Positions 19,572 to 29,126 of a stretch of 64,000 nt of DNA are shown here, in pieces; within the stretch, counting starts at the first letter, position 1; the number at the start of each line of letters is the position of its first letter. Source of the DNA: Actinomycetes bacterium (GTDB taxonomy: Bacteria > Actinomycetota > Acidimicrobiia > Acidimicrobiales > Ilumatobacteraceae); NCBI GenBank assembly GCA_031398525.1, contig JANNNL010000018.1:1011-65010 (forward strand). The letters run 5' to 3'. A program made the position numbers and the translations under genes. The notes under the pieces were generated by a model that ran no database searches, was not told the DNA's origin, and was given only the letters and a program-made list of their open reading frames with translations.

Positions 19572-20201
19572 TCACTTTGACTTGAACGGATCGACCATCA
19601 CGTCATCGACGGACCAGTTGGCGCGGGTCCCCGCGGACTGAAACGCAAGCGTCACGAACAGCTCACCGTTGATGTTGCGCACGTTGGGGAACTTCATCGG
19701 TTCCGAGGGGGTCCAGCCGTAGCCGTCGTTGGCGACTTCGTACGACTTTGCGTCGGTGCGCGTGCCGTCGGAGACGGTGACACGCACGATGAGCTTGGCA
19801 CCCTGCACGCCCGGGTGGCGGATGAACAATCGGAGCGAGTCCTCTCGCTCGGCAACGCAAAACGTCGCTGATGTGAGGGTTGCGCCGGGGTCGAGGCGAG
19901 CAGACAGGCGATCGAACCAGCCGTTGACCCGCCAAGGCTCGTTGTCCCACACCAGCGACGCACGGTTCGCAGCGGTCCAGCCTCGCGACCCGCCCTCGAA
20001 GTCGCCGTTGTTCACCAGGAAGTAGTCGTTGTAGTCTCCCCACTGCGAGAAGGCGGTCGACAATGAGCGCGCCGCGCACGGATCGACAGCCGCGCGAGCG
20101 TCGAGTGGGGCGGCTACTCCGACCGCGAGCATTGTGACGGCGATGACGGAGGAACCGACCCGAGCCTTGCAGGAGGAGCCCCGTCGGCGCGCTTCGGTCA
20201 A
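19572..20201 (-). CDS. Secreted protein with CBM/jelly-roll-like domain, unknown function
   Basis: Signal sequence. The NGDFEGGSRGW motif is typical of CBM4/9-like beta-sandwich domains. Confidence 0.55.
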   Translation of the reverse strand: MTEARRRGSSCKARVGSSVIAVTMLAVGVAAPLDARAAVDPCAARSLSTAFSQWGDYNDYFLVNNGDFEGGSRGWTAANRASLVWDNEPWRVNGWFDRLSARLDPGATLTSATFCVAEREDSLRLFIRHPGVQGAKLIVRVTVSDGTRTDAKSYEVANDGYGWTPSEPMKFPNVRNINGELFVTLAFQSAGTRANWSVDDVMVDPFKSK

Positions 20202-20291
20202 GATTCTCTACCCGACTGCCGCCTGAAGTGCTGATGCCTGCTCGTTGAGTGGTATATGTCTCGGGGGGATGCAGCAGAATGCGGTCGCCGG

Positions 20292-21534
20292 TTACTCAGA
20301 GCGGCAGTATCCCACGAAAGCTGGGCAACGTCCCGCCTCCGCTGGAACTTGGCCCGGTTCGAGGGGGATCGCCACTTCGTCGACGAGCGGACCGACGCGC
20401 TCGGCATGCGGTGCCAATGCGGCAAGATCGAAGCCGTACAGTGCGGCCGCATTCCCGGCCAGCATCTGGGTGACTTCGACGCGGTCGAATCCGCCGTAGG
20501 CCTGGCGGAGAGCTTCGGTGGAGAACGGGAAGCTGGCTTCCTTATGCGGGTAGTCACTGCCCCACATGATCCGGTCGACGCCGACGACCGTGCGCGCCGG
20601 CATCTCGGAACGGCGCATGAAGCTGGCGGCGACGTGGCACTGGCGGGCCCAGTACTCCGACGGGGTGAGGGAGAGGTTGGCCATCACCGGGCCGCCCCAG
20701 ATGTGCTCCTGCGAGCCGACGGCGTGACGCATCCGGTCGAAGAAATAGTCAAGGCGCGCCAGCTCATCGGGGCACCCAGGCCGTGCCCTGCTCAGTGAAC
20801 ACGAGTTGTAGCTTCGGGTGCCGTTCCAACGCGCCCGAGATCAGCAGGTGAGTGAGGGCCCGGTGCGAGAACCAGGTGACCTCCAACAGGAAGATCACCA
20901 CCGACTCGGGGGTGGTGCCCATCGGCGGGTTGGCGCTGCCCCCGTGGTGGTTGACGGGCATTTCCAACTCCTCGCACACGGCCCACAGCGGCTCGTAGTA
21001 CGACGAGTCGTGGAGTTGCGGCAAGAACGAACCGGGGGGAACGCCGGGCAGGAGCACGCCACCGAACAAGCCGTGGTCGCGCGCCCAGCGAACCTCGTCA
21101 ACCGCCGAATCGATGTCGTGGAGCAGAATCTGGGCGATACCGGCTCGGCGTCCGGGCGCGTCGGCGCAGAAGTCGGCCAGCCAGCGGTTATGCGCCTTCA
21201 ACCCGGCCCATCGCCGATTGAGATCACCGGAATCGGCCGATGGCGGCTGGGCCGTGAGCGACGACGACGGATAGAACGGTGGGATGGTGTTCGGGTAGAT
21301 CACCTCGGCGACGATGCCGTCGCTCTCCAAGTCCCTGAGCCGTCGCGCCGAGTCCCAGTTGCGGGCCCCGTCGTCGCCCTTCAGATCGTCATACGGGTTC
21401 ACGAACGTTGGTAACCAGGCGTCGAAGTCGTCGTGCCAGGCCCGTTCGAGGTACGGCCGATAGTCACCGATTGCTCCACCGCCGTGGCAGTCGGCCGAGA
21501 TCACCGTGTATCGCTCGTTCGAAGTCATCACCAT
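20292..21534 (-). pseudogene. Amidohydrolase-2 family protein, frame broken by a +1 in a G4 run
   Basis: ORF 20764-21534 (VISADCHGG...TEQGTAWVPR*) and ORF 20292-20732 (...RMRHAVGSQ...MWGSDYPHKE...) are the two halves of one protein. Removing one G at 20769-20772 gives ...AWVPDELARLDYFFDRMRH.... Confidence 0.75.
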
Positions 21535-21556
21535 AACCTCCTAGTCATCCCACTGC

Positions 21557-22726
21557 TCATTCCGGCTTTTCGGAGCCCACGACCCACATGGCAAAGAACT
21601 GCGAGCCACCACCATAGGCATGGCCCAAGGCCTTGCGGGCTCCGTCGATCTGGTGCTCGCCGGCCGTGCCCATCACCTGCATCGCGGCCTCGCCGAAGCG
21701 GATCGTGCCACTGGCTCCGATCGGGTTGGTCGACAACACCCCGCCCGAGCAGTTGACCGGCAGCTTGCCAACCATCTCCGTGTGGCCATCTTCCACCCAG
21801 CGCCAGCCGTCGCCCTTGGGGGCGAACCCGAGGTTTTCGAGCCACATCGGCTCGAACCAGGCGAACGGCACGTACATCTCGACGACGTCGATCTCCTCGG
21901 CCGGGTTCGTGATCCCCGCCTTGCGCCACAGGTCGGCGGCGCACATCTCTCCGGCGAGGGGGCTGATCGTCTCGCGTCCGGCGAACTGGGTCGGCTCCGA
22001 CCGCATCGCCGTCGCGTGCACCCATGCTTTCGGTCCGTTGTGGGCGTCGGCGGTCGCCTCGTCGGCGAGCACCATGGCGAAGGCCCCATCAGACGACGGG
22101 CAGGTCTCGACGAAGCGCACCGGGTCCCACAACATCGGGCTTTCCAACGCCTTCTCGAGGGTGAGGCCCTCGTCGTGCAGGTGGGCGTAGGGGTTCTTCA
22201 GCGCGTTGGCGCGGTCTTTGACGGCGACCGTGCAACCGATATGTCCAGGGGCCCCCGAACGTTTCATGTAGCCCCGGATGATCGGGGAGAAGTAGCCACC
22301 GGCGCCGGCGTGAACGGGCATGCCAAAGGGCATCGGCACCGACAACGCCCACATCGCCGAGCCGTCGGACTGCTTCTCCCAGCCGATGGTCAATACCCGT
22401 TGGTGCAGGCCGGCCATCACATGCTGGGCGGCGACGATTACCGTCGAGCCGCCGACTGAACCAGCGGTGTGGACGCGGAACAGCGGCTTGCCCTGGGCGG
22501 CGAGCGCGTCGGCCAGCCACAACTCGGGCATCATCACACCTTCGAGCATGTCGGGGGCCTTGCCGATGACGATCGCATCGATGTCGGCCATCGTCAGCTG
22601 GGCATCGTCCAATGCCCGGTCGACGGCCTCACGGACCAGGCCGGCGATCGAGACGTCGGCCCGGCACGATGTGTGCTTCGTCTGACCGGTACCAATGACA
22701 GCGCAGCGCTCGGCCATTTCAGTCAC
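21557..22726 (-). CDS. Thiolase-like (SCP-x/lipid-transfer-protein type) protein
   Basis: Thiolase-fold length and motifs (VIGTGQTK, IGWEKQS, NCSGGVLS.NPIGASG). The expected nucleophile Cys position reads HTAGSVGG. Confidence 0.8.
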   Translation of the reverse strand: MTEMAERCAVIGTGQTKHTSCRADVSIAGLVREAVDRALDDAQLTMADIDAIVIGKAPDMLEGVMMPELWLADALAAQGKPLFRVHTAGSVGGSTVIVAAQHVMAGLHQRVLTIGWEKQSDGSAMWALSVPMPFGMPVHAGAGGYFSPIIRGYMKRSGAPGHIGCTVAVKDRANALKNPYAHLHDEGLTLEKALESPMLWDPVRFVETCPSSDGAFAMVLADEATADAHNGPKAWVHATAMRSEPTQFAGRETISPLAGEMCAADLWRKAGITNPAEEIDVVEMYVPFAWFEPMWLENLGFAPKGDGWRWVEDGHTEMVGKLPVNCSGGVLSTNPIGASGTIRFGEAAMQVMGTAGEHQIDGARKALGHAYGGGSQFFAMWVVGSEKPE

Positions 22727-23774
22727 CCTCCATCACACACACGAGATTCTGTTGCAGCAGCGGACCCGACGACGCGTGCCCGAGCACCCGGTCGGCCGTG
22801 CCACCCATCACCCGGTTGGCCGCTTCCGCAATGCGCAACAGCCCGGCGGCCATCATCGGGTTGCCACACAGCGGGCCTCCCGACGGATTGACCGATGTGG
22901 CCGAGGGGTCGATACGCATCTCCCGATGCAAAATCAGCTCCTGATGCGTGAACGGGGCATGCAGTTCGGCCACATCGAGTTTGTCGTTGTGGGCTCCGGC
23001 GGCGTGCGCGGCAAGCCGAGCCGACGGTGCGCCCGTCAGGTCGCGAGCCCCGATGTTCTGCATGTCGATGCGGTGCTCGATGCCTCGAATCCACGCCGGA
23101 CGTTCGCACAACGAGCGGGCCAGATCGCCTCCGGCGATGACCATCGCCACCGAGTTGTCGGCGACCGGCGGGCAGTCGTGGGCCCGCAACGGATCGCTGA
23201 TGCGGGGCATGGCGAGCAGTTCGGCGATGGTGTGGTGCCCGGTGACCAGGGCATTCGAGTTGTTCGTGCCGTCACGGCGGGAGCGGGCGGCGATGGCGGC
23301 CATCTCGGACTCTGTGATGATGCCCCGTTCCAGCAGCACCCGCGCCTGCATAGCGGCGATCGAGCGCTCGTCGGGCCACAACGGCCCGACGACGTAGGGG
23401 TCGAGTTGTAGCGACATGATCCGGTTGATGTCGCCCGACGACGACTTGCCGTTGGCGAACACCACCGCCGAGTCGCAGTCGCCGAGTTGGATCTTGATCC
23501 ACGCCTCGTACAGCGCCCACGCCCCATCCATCTCGACGTGGCTCTCGACGATCGGCGGGAACGCCCCGATCGCGTCGACCGCCGAGACGAAACTGAACGG
23601 CTGGCCGACCATGTAGTCGCACGACCCATGGCACCAGAACCCGATGTCGCGCCGATCGAGCCCCGACGCAACGACGGCTGCGTCGATCACGGGCACCATC
23701 AGTTCGACCGACGTCTTGTTGGTGTCGACCTCCATCACCGACTGGCTGGTGGCGATGATCGCTACGTCTCGCAT
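22719..23774 (-). CDS. Thiolase-like protein, second subunit
   Basis: VNPSGGPLCGNPMMAAG C-terminal motif. Overlaps the downstream gene by 8 nt. Confidence 0.75.
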   Translation of the reverse strand: MRDVAIIATSQSVMEVDTNKTSVELMVPVIDAAVVASGLDRRDIGFWCHGSCDYMVGQPFSFVSAVDAIGAFPPIVESHVEMDGAWALYEAWIKIQLGDCDSAVVFANGKSSSGDINRIMSLQLDPYVVGPLWPDERSIAAMQARVLLERGIITESEMAAIAARSRRDGTNNSNALVTGHHTIAELLAMPRISDPLRAHDCPPVADNSVAMVIAGGDLARSLCERPAWIRGIEHRIDMQNIGARDLTGAPSARLAAHAAGAHNDKLDVAELHAPFTHQELILHREMRIDPSATSVNPSGGPLCGNPMMAAGLLRIAEAANRVMGGTADRVLGHASSGPLLQQNLVCVMEGD

Positions 23775-24277
23775 CAGCGATCACCCGCTTCGATGTCGAG
23801 ATCGGGCTCGCCGGTTGGACGGAAGTGATCGATATTCTCCAAGGTCGGCCCCCACTCGGCCCGGTCTTTCCAGACCGGTTCGACCCGCATGCCAATGCGT
23901 ACCTCGGCGGCATCGCACCCGAGCACCAGGTGACTGACCGACATGTCGGCATCATCGAGCTTGATATTCGCAGCGACATAGGGAATCGGGATCTTCTGGC
24001 CGAGGAACGGCACATTGACCACACAGAAGGTCGTGATGGTGCCGCGTGGCCCGACCTCCACTTCTTCGGCCAAGGCCCGAGCGCACTTCGGGCAGGTTCC
24101 GTTGCGTGGGGGGAAGTAGACGAGCGAGCACGACGGGCAGCGATTGCCGATCAACCGGCCTTCGAGGAGCCCGGCGAGATGTGACGACGAGTTCGGTCCG
24201 GCCGAGTAGCGGTAGCTGATCGTGATCGGGGTGCGGACCTTGAGGACCGGCCCGGGCTCCGCAAACGCCGCGCTCAT
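23774..24277 (-). CDS. DUF35 Zn-ribbon/OB-fold protein
   Basis: Rubredoxin-like CPSC...CPKC followed by an OB-fold region. 1-nt overlap with the next gene. Confidence 0.8.
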   Translation of the reverse strand: MSAAFAEPGPVLKVRTPITISYRYSAGPNSSSHLAGLLEGRLIGNRCPSCSLVYFPPRNGTCPKCARALAEEVEVGPRGTITTFCVVNVPFLGQKIPIPYVAANIKLDDADMSVSHLVLGCDAAEVRIGMRVEPVWKDRAEWGPTLENIDHFRPTGEPDLDIEAGDR

Positions 24278-24858
24278 GCCGCGTCGTCCAATTCGTCGTC
24301 GACGGGCATCTCGTCGACGATCGGCAATTCGTCGACCGGCAACTCGTCAACCGGTCTGGCTTCGACGGCGACCGGGTCGAAGCAGACAATGTCGGTGATC
24401 CCGGTGCCTCGCTCGGCCGCCCATCGCACCCGCACTCGCATCCCGGTTTCCATGTTGTCGGCCGAGCCAGCATCGACGGCATGGAGAAAACCGTGACCGG
24501 CACCGTCCAAACGGATCAAGGCCCAGGCAAACGGATGATCGAGCGGGTTGCCCTCGACCGGTGACGGCTGCCACGACCACGTCGTCACGGTCCCCTCGGA
24601 GCCGACGGTGACCCACTCGGTGCAGGCCGCCCCGGTGACCGGATCGAACTCGATGGGCGGTACATAGACCGCGCCATCCGCGCCGCGGGTGCCTTCGATC
24701 TGCCTATCGCGCAATCCGGTGAAGAACCGTCCATAGGTCGCACCGAGAGTGCGTCCATAGGGGTAGCTCAATACCAACGGGGCGGTGAAACAACCGTCGG
24801 CGGCGATGGTGTACTCGCTCGTCGCTCCAGCCATACCCCGAGGTTTACCAGATGACAT
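24274..24858 (-). CDS. DUF35-like OB-fold protein with degenerate Zn ribbon and acidic repeat tail
   Basis: OB-fold-like core with no CxxC pairs. C-terminal RPVDELPVDELPIVDEMPVDDELDDAA. ATGA overlap with the downstream gene. Confidence 0.65.
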   Translation of the reverse strand: MSSGKPRGMAGATSEYTIAADGCFTAPLVLSYPYGRTLGATYGRFFTGLRDRQIEGTRGADGAVYVPPIEFDPVTGAACTEWVTVGSEGTVTTWSWQPSPVEGNPLDHPFAWALIRLDGAGHGFLHAVDAGSADNMETGMRVRVRWAAERGTGITDIVCFDPVAVEARPVDELPVDELPIVDEMPVDDELDDAA

Positions 24859-24865
24859 GGTTCAC

Positions 24866-24894
24866 CTGACGACCCGTCAGATTTCTGCGGGGCC
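24866..24894. repeat. Left copy of a 29-bp perfect direct repeat flanking the R-M islet
   Basis: CTGACGACCCGTCAGATTTCTGCGGGGCC, identical to 33995-34023. Contains the palindrome CTGACG-ACC-CGTCAG. Confidence 0.95.
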
Positions 24895-24898
24895 AACG

Positions 24899-27800
24899 TC
24901 AGCCGAGCGGCCAGCGGTGGGTGATGTATTTCTGCTTCTCGGGATCATTGGCCGCGAATAGGTGGGTGAGGTTGTTGATGCGGGCGTAGAACATCGGCTT
25001 CTTGACCAGGTTCGTAGAGACCTTGCCTTCGGTGGTCTTCGACTTCACCTCGACCTTTACGGTCGCGTCGATGGGGAACGGACTGGGCTTCGCGTGGATT
25101 CGACAGACGTCCTCGCCGTCGACCGTCGAGATGGTCATGGTCAACGTGGCGACGGCGGCGGCACCGAGCGCTGCGATCAGTACCGAGTTGACCATCAGTT
25201 CGAACTGGTCGGTGTCGGACTTGCCTTCCTTGCGAACTCCGACGTAGTCGAGTTCGAGCCCGAAGACGCTGCCGTCATCGGCGACGCCGAGAAGCAGGGT
25301 GCCTCCGTCGTACGAGTTGAGGAACGCGGCGACGGTCTTCACCGCCGATGTCTCGACGAGTGGTGACTTCAGGCCGGTTGACGAATCGGTCCGGAACGTC
25401 GACTTGTACTCCAACCACTTGTCCTCGCCCCGTCCGATCAGCTCGCCGACCGGGCAATGCTCCTGGCGAGCAACCTTGGCCTTCGTCTGGATGAGCGGGC
25501 CAACGACATCAAGCAACGCGGCGGCGTAAACGTCGTCGCCAACGAACTTCTTGACGAACTCCGTGGCGTCGGTGGCCTGGTCGATGATCCCCTCTTGGAG
25601 CTGCGGCTTGAGCACAAGCTTGAACGCCGTGCTGTCATTCACTGCCGCGGCCTGCTGCAACGTCTCGTCGCCAGACAACTGATCGATCAGCACTCTGACC
25701 TGGTGATCCTTGGCGATATCACCGCCGAAACGGTCGTTGAGTTCCGCGATGATCTCGGACAGCGGAATCTCCTCGGGTGCCCGCTGCTTGCCGCCGAGAG
25801 TGCTCGGCGGCTCGACCATCCCGACATCGGGGTCGAGGGCGATCCGGCCCGCAAACGTGATCTCGGTCGCGAGATGGGTGAGGTCGACCTGGTCGCCGAT
25901 GTCGAGCGCCGACTCGGCGTCGCGTCGTAGGAACGGGGCCAGCGCCCGGCAGAACAGGTAGTCGCGTTCCAGCTTGACGTCCCCGAACTGGGCGATCTGC
26001 GACAGATACGAATAGGTGTTCACGAACCGCTTCAACGCGTCGCGGAACAACTCCCGCTCCTGTTCGTCGAGATCGTCGGCGAACCGGGACTTGGCCGGCT
26101 CCAACATCGGATGGATACGGCCCGAATCACTCGGGTCGTCGAGCAGCACCCGCACGAACGCTTCGGCTTCCTCGGCATACACGACCCCGAACTCGCTCAT
26201 CTGATGATGGGCGTCGTACATCAGGTTCGGATCGGTCGGCGGGCTGACCGTCTGCACGTACCACGGCGCGAACGACTTCCGGATGGACTCGGCGTCGTTG
26301 CGGAAATCGAGCACGAACGTCGAATCCTTGTCGGGGTGCCGCCGGTTCAACCGCGACAACGTCTGCACCGCCGCCAACCCCGACAGCGGCTTGTCGACGT
26401 ACATCGTGTGCAACTTCGGCTGATCAAACCCGGTCTGATACTTCTCGGCGACCACCAAGATCTGGTACTTGTCGGAGTCGAACTGCTTCGGGGTCTGCGA
26501 TTCGGGGAAGCCGTTGATCTTCGTCTCGGTCCACTCCCCGCTGTCGTCGCGCAACGAACCCGAGAAGGCGACGAGTACCCCGACGTCACCAATCCCGTTG
26601 TCGCGGCAGTACTTCTTCAACGCATCCCCGTACCGCAGCGCGTGCATCCGCGACGCCGTGACCACCATCGCTTTCGCCTGCCCGCCGACCTTCGAGGCGA
26701 CATGGGTGCGGAAGTGGTTGATGATGATGTCGGCCTTCTGGCCCAGGTTGTGCGGGTGGAGGTTGACGAACTTGGCGATGGCCACCTTTGCCTTGGCCGG
26801 GTCGTACTCCGGGTCGTCGCTGATCCGCTTCTCGATGTTCCAATATGTCTGATACGTCGTGTAGTTGGCCAGCACGTCGTGGACAAAGCCCTCCTCGATC
26901 GCTTGGCGCATCGAGTACAGATGGGACGCCTCGAACTTCCCCGTCATTGGGTTCTTCGCCCCGAACAACTCCAATGTCCGCGACTTCGGCGTCGCGGTGA
27001 ACGCGAAGAATGACAGGTTCTGTTGCCGACCCCGGGCGGCGATCTCGGCCGCCAACTTGTCCTGCACCGGGTCTGGAAGCTCGTCAATGTGCCCGATCTC
27101 GGCCGCCTCGGCCTGAGCGAGGGCCAACTCCTCGTCGCCTACCTTCGTGCCGAGCACCTTCTTCAGTTCCTTCGATGCCTCACCCGACTGCGACGAATGG
27201 GCCTCATCGGCGATCACCGCATACCGACGGTTCGGGAGTTCGGCGACCTTCGTCAACACGAACGGGAACTTCTGAATCGTGGTCACGATGATCCGTGCCT
27301 GCGAACCCGACAACGCGTCGGCCAACTGCTGGGAGTTGTCGTCGATCTTCTGGACGACACCGGCGACCTTCTCGAACTGGGCGACCGTGGCCTGTAGTTG
27401 CTTGTCGAGCACCACCCGGTCGGTGATCACGATCACCTTGTCGAACACCTTCACGTCGCCGTCGTGCAAGCTCGACAATCGGTGCGCCAACCAGGCAATC
27501 GTGTTCGACTTCCCCGACCCCGCCGAGTGCTGCACCAGATAGTTGGTGCCCACCCCGTCGGTAAGAACCCGCTGCTCAAGCTGTACAACAGCGTCCCACT
27601 GATGGAACCGTGGAAAGACGATGTCGCCGGTGCGCTTCAACCCCTTCTTCGTCGGCTCGACGTGGACGAACCGGGCGAGAATGTCGAGCCACGCGTCACG
27701 CGCCCACACCTGTTCCCACAGGTACGACGTGCGGAAACCTGCCGGGTTCGGCGGGTTTCCCGCACCGTTGCCGTCGCCACGGTTGAACGGCAGAAACCGG

Positions 27801-28444
27801 GTGTTCGTGCCATCGAGGCGGGTCGTCATCCACACCGACTCGGTGTCGAGCGCGAAGTGGACGACTGCCCGGCGCGACAAGGTCAGGTTCCTCTGGTCGC
27901 GGTCGGTCTGATACTGCCGCTTGGCGTGCTCCGCCGACTGACCCGTCAAGTGGGTCTTCAACTCCGCCGTCGCCACCGGTATGCCGTTGACGAACAGGCA
28001 CAGATCGAGCGTCTTGGTGCCCTTCGCCTCGTAGGGCAACTGGCGGGTGACCGTCAAGCGGTTGGCCCGGTACCGGGCTTCCGTCTCGGGATTCAATCCC
28101 CGAGCCGGCCGCAGGTACATCAACCGGACCGTCGTACCCAGGTAGTCGACGCCCGATCGCAGCACCTCGATGATGCCCCGATCGTCGAGCACCTTCGCCA
28201 CCCGCTCGGCGAATGCGCGCTGGGCCGCATCGGCATCACCGCCGTGGAGGATGACCAGCTTCGACCATTCGTCCGCCTGCGTGTCGCCGATGAATGCGAA
28301 GAGTTCGGCCGTGTCGAGCCCGAGCGTCGGACTGAAGTGCTTCACTCCCGACTGGGCACCGTTCTTGGCCAGCGCATACCCACCGGGCCCGACCAGCGAA
28401 GCAACAATGGCCGCCTCGAAGTCAGCCTCTTTCGGCCCGCTCAT
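24899..28444 (-). CDS. hsdR: Type I restriction enzyme R subunit (HsdR) with C-terminal AlbA_2/Schlafen-like domain
   Basis: 1181-aa intact ORF. HsdR_N region, SF2 helicase motifs (QHSAGSGKS, IADEAHSSQ, TGFDQP, QTLSRLNR) and a DUF3387-like region. The last ~185 aa read KWLEYKSTF...AAFLNSYDGGTLLLGVADDGSVFG. Confidence 0.9.
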   Translation of the reverse strand: MSGPKEADFEAAIVASLVGPGGYALAKNGAQSGVKHFSPTLGLDTAELFAFIGDTQADEWSKLVILHGGDADAAQRAFAERVAKVLDDRGIIEVLRSGVDYLGTTVRLMYLRPARGLNPETEARYRANRLTVTRQLPYEAKGTKTLDLCLFVNGIPVATAELKTHLTGQSAEHAKRQYQTDRDQRNLTLSRRAVVHFALDTESVWMTTRLDGTNTRFLPFNRGDGNGAGNPPNPAGFRTSYLWEQVWARDAWLDILARFVHVEPTKKGLKRTGDIVFPRFHQWDAVVQLEQRVLTDGVGTNYLVQHSAGSGKSNTIAWLAHRLSSLHDGDVKVFDKVIVITDRVVLDKQLQATVAQFEKVAGVVQKIDDNSQQLADALSGSQARIIVTTIQKFPFVLTKVAELPNRRYAVIADEAHSSQSGEASKELKKVLGTKVGDEELALAQAEAAEIGHIDELPDPVQDKLAAEIAARGRQQNLSFFAFTATPKSRTLELFGAKNPMTGKFEASHLYSMRQAIEEGFVHDVLANYTTYQTYWNIEKRISDDPEYDPAKAKVAIAKFVNLHPHNLGQKADIIINHFRTHVASKVGGQAKAMVVTASRMHALRYGDALKKYCRDNGIGDVGVLVAFSGSLRDDSGEWTETKINGFPESQTPKQFDSDKYQILVVAEKYQTGFDQPKLHTMYVDKPLSGLAAVQTLSRLNRRHPDKDSTFVLDFRNDAESIRKSFAPWYVQTVSPPTDPNLMYDAHHQMSEFGVVYAEEAEAFVRVLLDDPSDSGRIHPMLEPAKSRFADDLDEQERELFRDALKRFVNTYSYLSQIAQFGDVKLERDYLFCRALAPFLRRDAESALDIGDQVDLTHLATEITFAGRIALDPDVGMVEPPSTLGGKQRAPEEIPLSEIIAELNDRFGGDIAKDHQVRVLIDQLSGDETLQQAAAVNDSTAFKLVLKPQLQEGIIDQATDATEFVKKFVGDDVYAAALLDVVGPLIQTKAKVARQEHCPVGELIGRGEDKWLEYKSTFRTDSSTGLKSPLVETSAVKTVAAFLNSYDGGTLLLGVADDGSVFGLELDYVGVRKEGKSDTDQFELMVNSVLIAALGAAAVATLTMTISTVDGEDVCRIHAKPSPFPIDATVKVEVKSKTTEGKVSTNLVKKPMFYARINNLTHLFAANDPEKQKYITHRWPLG

Positions 28445-28744
28445 CGCCGAGACCCCTACGCCGTGAGTTCCTCGACGGTCGAACGCATCGTCATCACGGC
28501 CCGCGGAGTCACGGTCGGATAGTACAGCGGACGATTACGGACACCGGCGCAGTACCGGCGGTTTGCCGTTCGTGACACCCGCTCGGATGTTCTCGGTGCC
28601 TCACCGGCCGACGGATCGATACCGCATCTGGCGGGGTGGGTGGGCACGACTCGAATGGCAAAATCCAAATCCAGCGAAGCTTCTGACCTGGATACATTCC
28701 CCGATACGACTCACATTGGAGGTCGTTTCGTCAGATGCGTACGA

Positions 28745-29040
28745 TCAGCGAACTTCGCTGGGATTCGATCCGCCCGCAGACCTTCGTCCGAACATCCGCG
28801 CCGCAGTCTGTAGGCACTCGGCTGAATGGGTAGCGGCGGTCACCTGAGCGTTGGTGCTTTTGCGCGGAGCGGTCCGGCGCCGTTCCGAGTTGGTCGAGGG
28901 TTCCGAGATGACATGCAAGCTGTTCTCCACCTCGTCGACCAACACGACACCGCCGACAGCCTGTCTGATCGGCAGCAGCAGATTGACGGGCCGAAAATCC
29001 CGCGGCCACGACTGAGTCGAACCGCCAGGGGTCGGGGTCG
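28745..29040 (-). pseudogene. C-terminal remnant of an ABC-like AAA ATPase (AAA_21-like)
   Basis: The frame reads ...LLLLPIRQAVGGVVLVDEVENSLH...NAQVTAATHSAE.... This gives a Walker B/D-loop hhhhDE.E.sLH and an H-loop THS. No Walker A region is present upstream, where the HNH gene begins. Confidence 0.4.
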
Positions 29041-29126
29041 GCCGGCTCTCACGTCGCCGCCATGGAATCTCTGACTTTCACCCGGGAGTTGGCTGGTGCG
29101 TCGGGTGGCCGGTCGGTGACCGCAGG

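Noticed and set aside
27398-28522. 374-aa plus-strand ORF, with similar long ORFs at 26111-27013 and 32013-33497, inside the R-M genes
   Set aside because: They are antisense to hsdR and hsdM, which carry unambiguous helicase and methyltransferase motifs. The antisense translations are repetitive R/V/G/D-rich strings.
28750-28795. tRNA T-arm-like sequence (GGATCGAATCC on the minus strand), a possible tRNA or att remnant
   Set aside because: The flanking bases do not form a 5-bp T-stem or an acceptor stem. The stretch also lies within the reading frame of the ATPase remnant.
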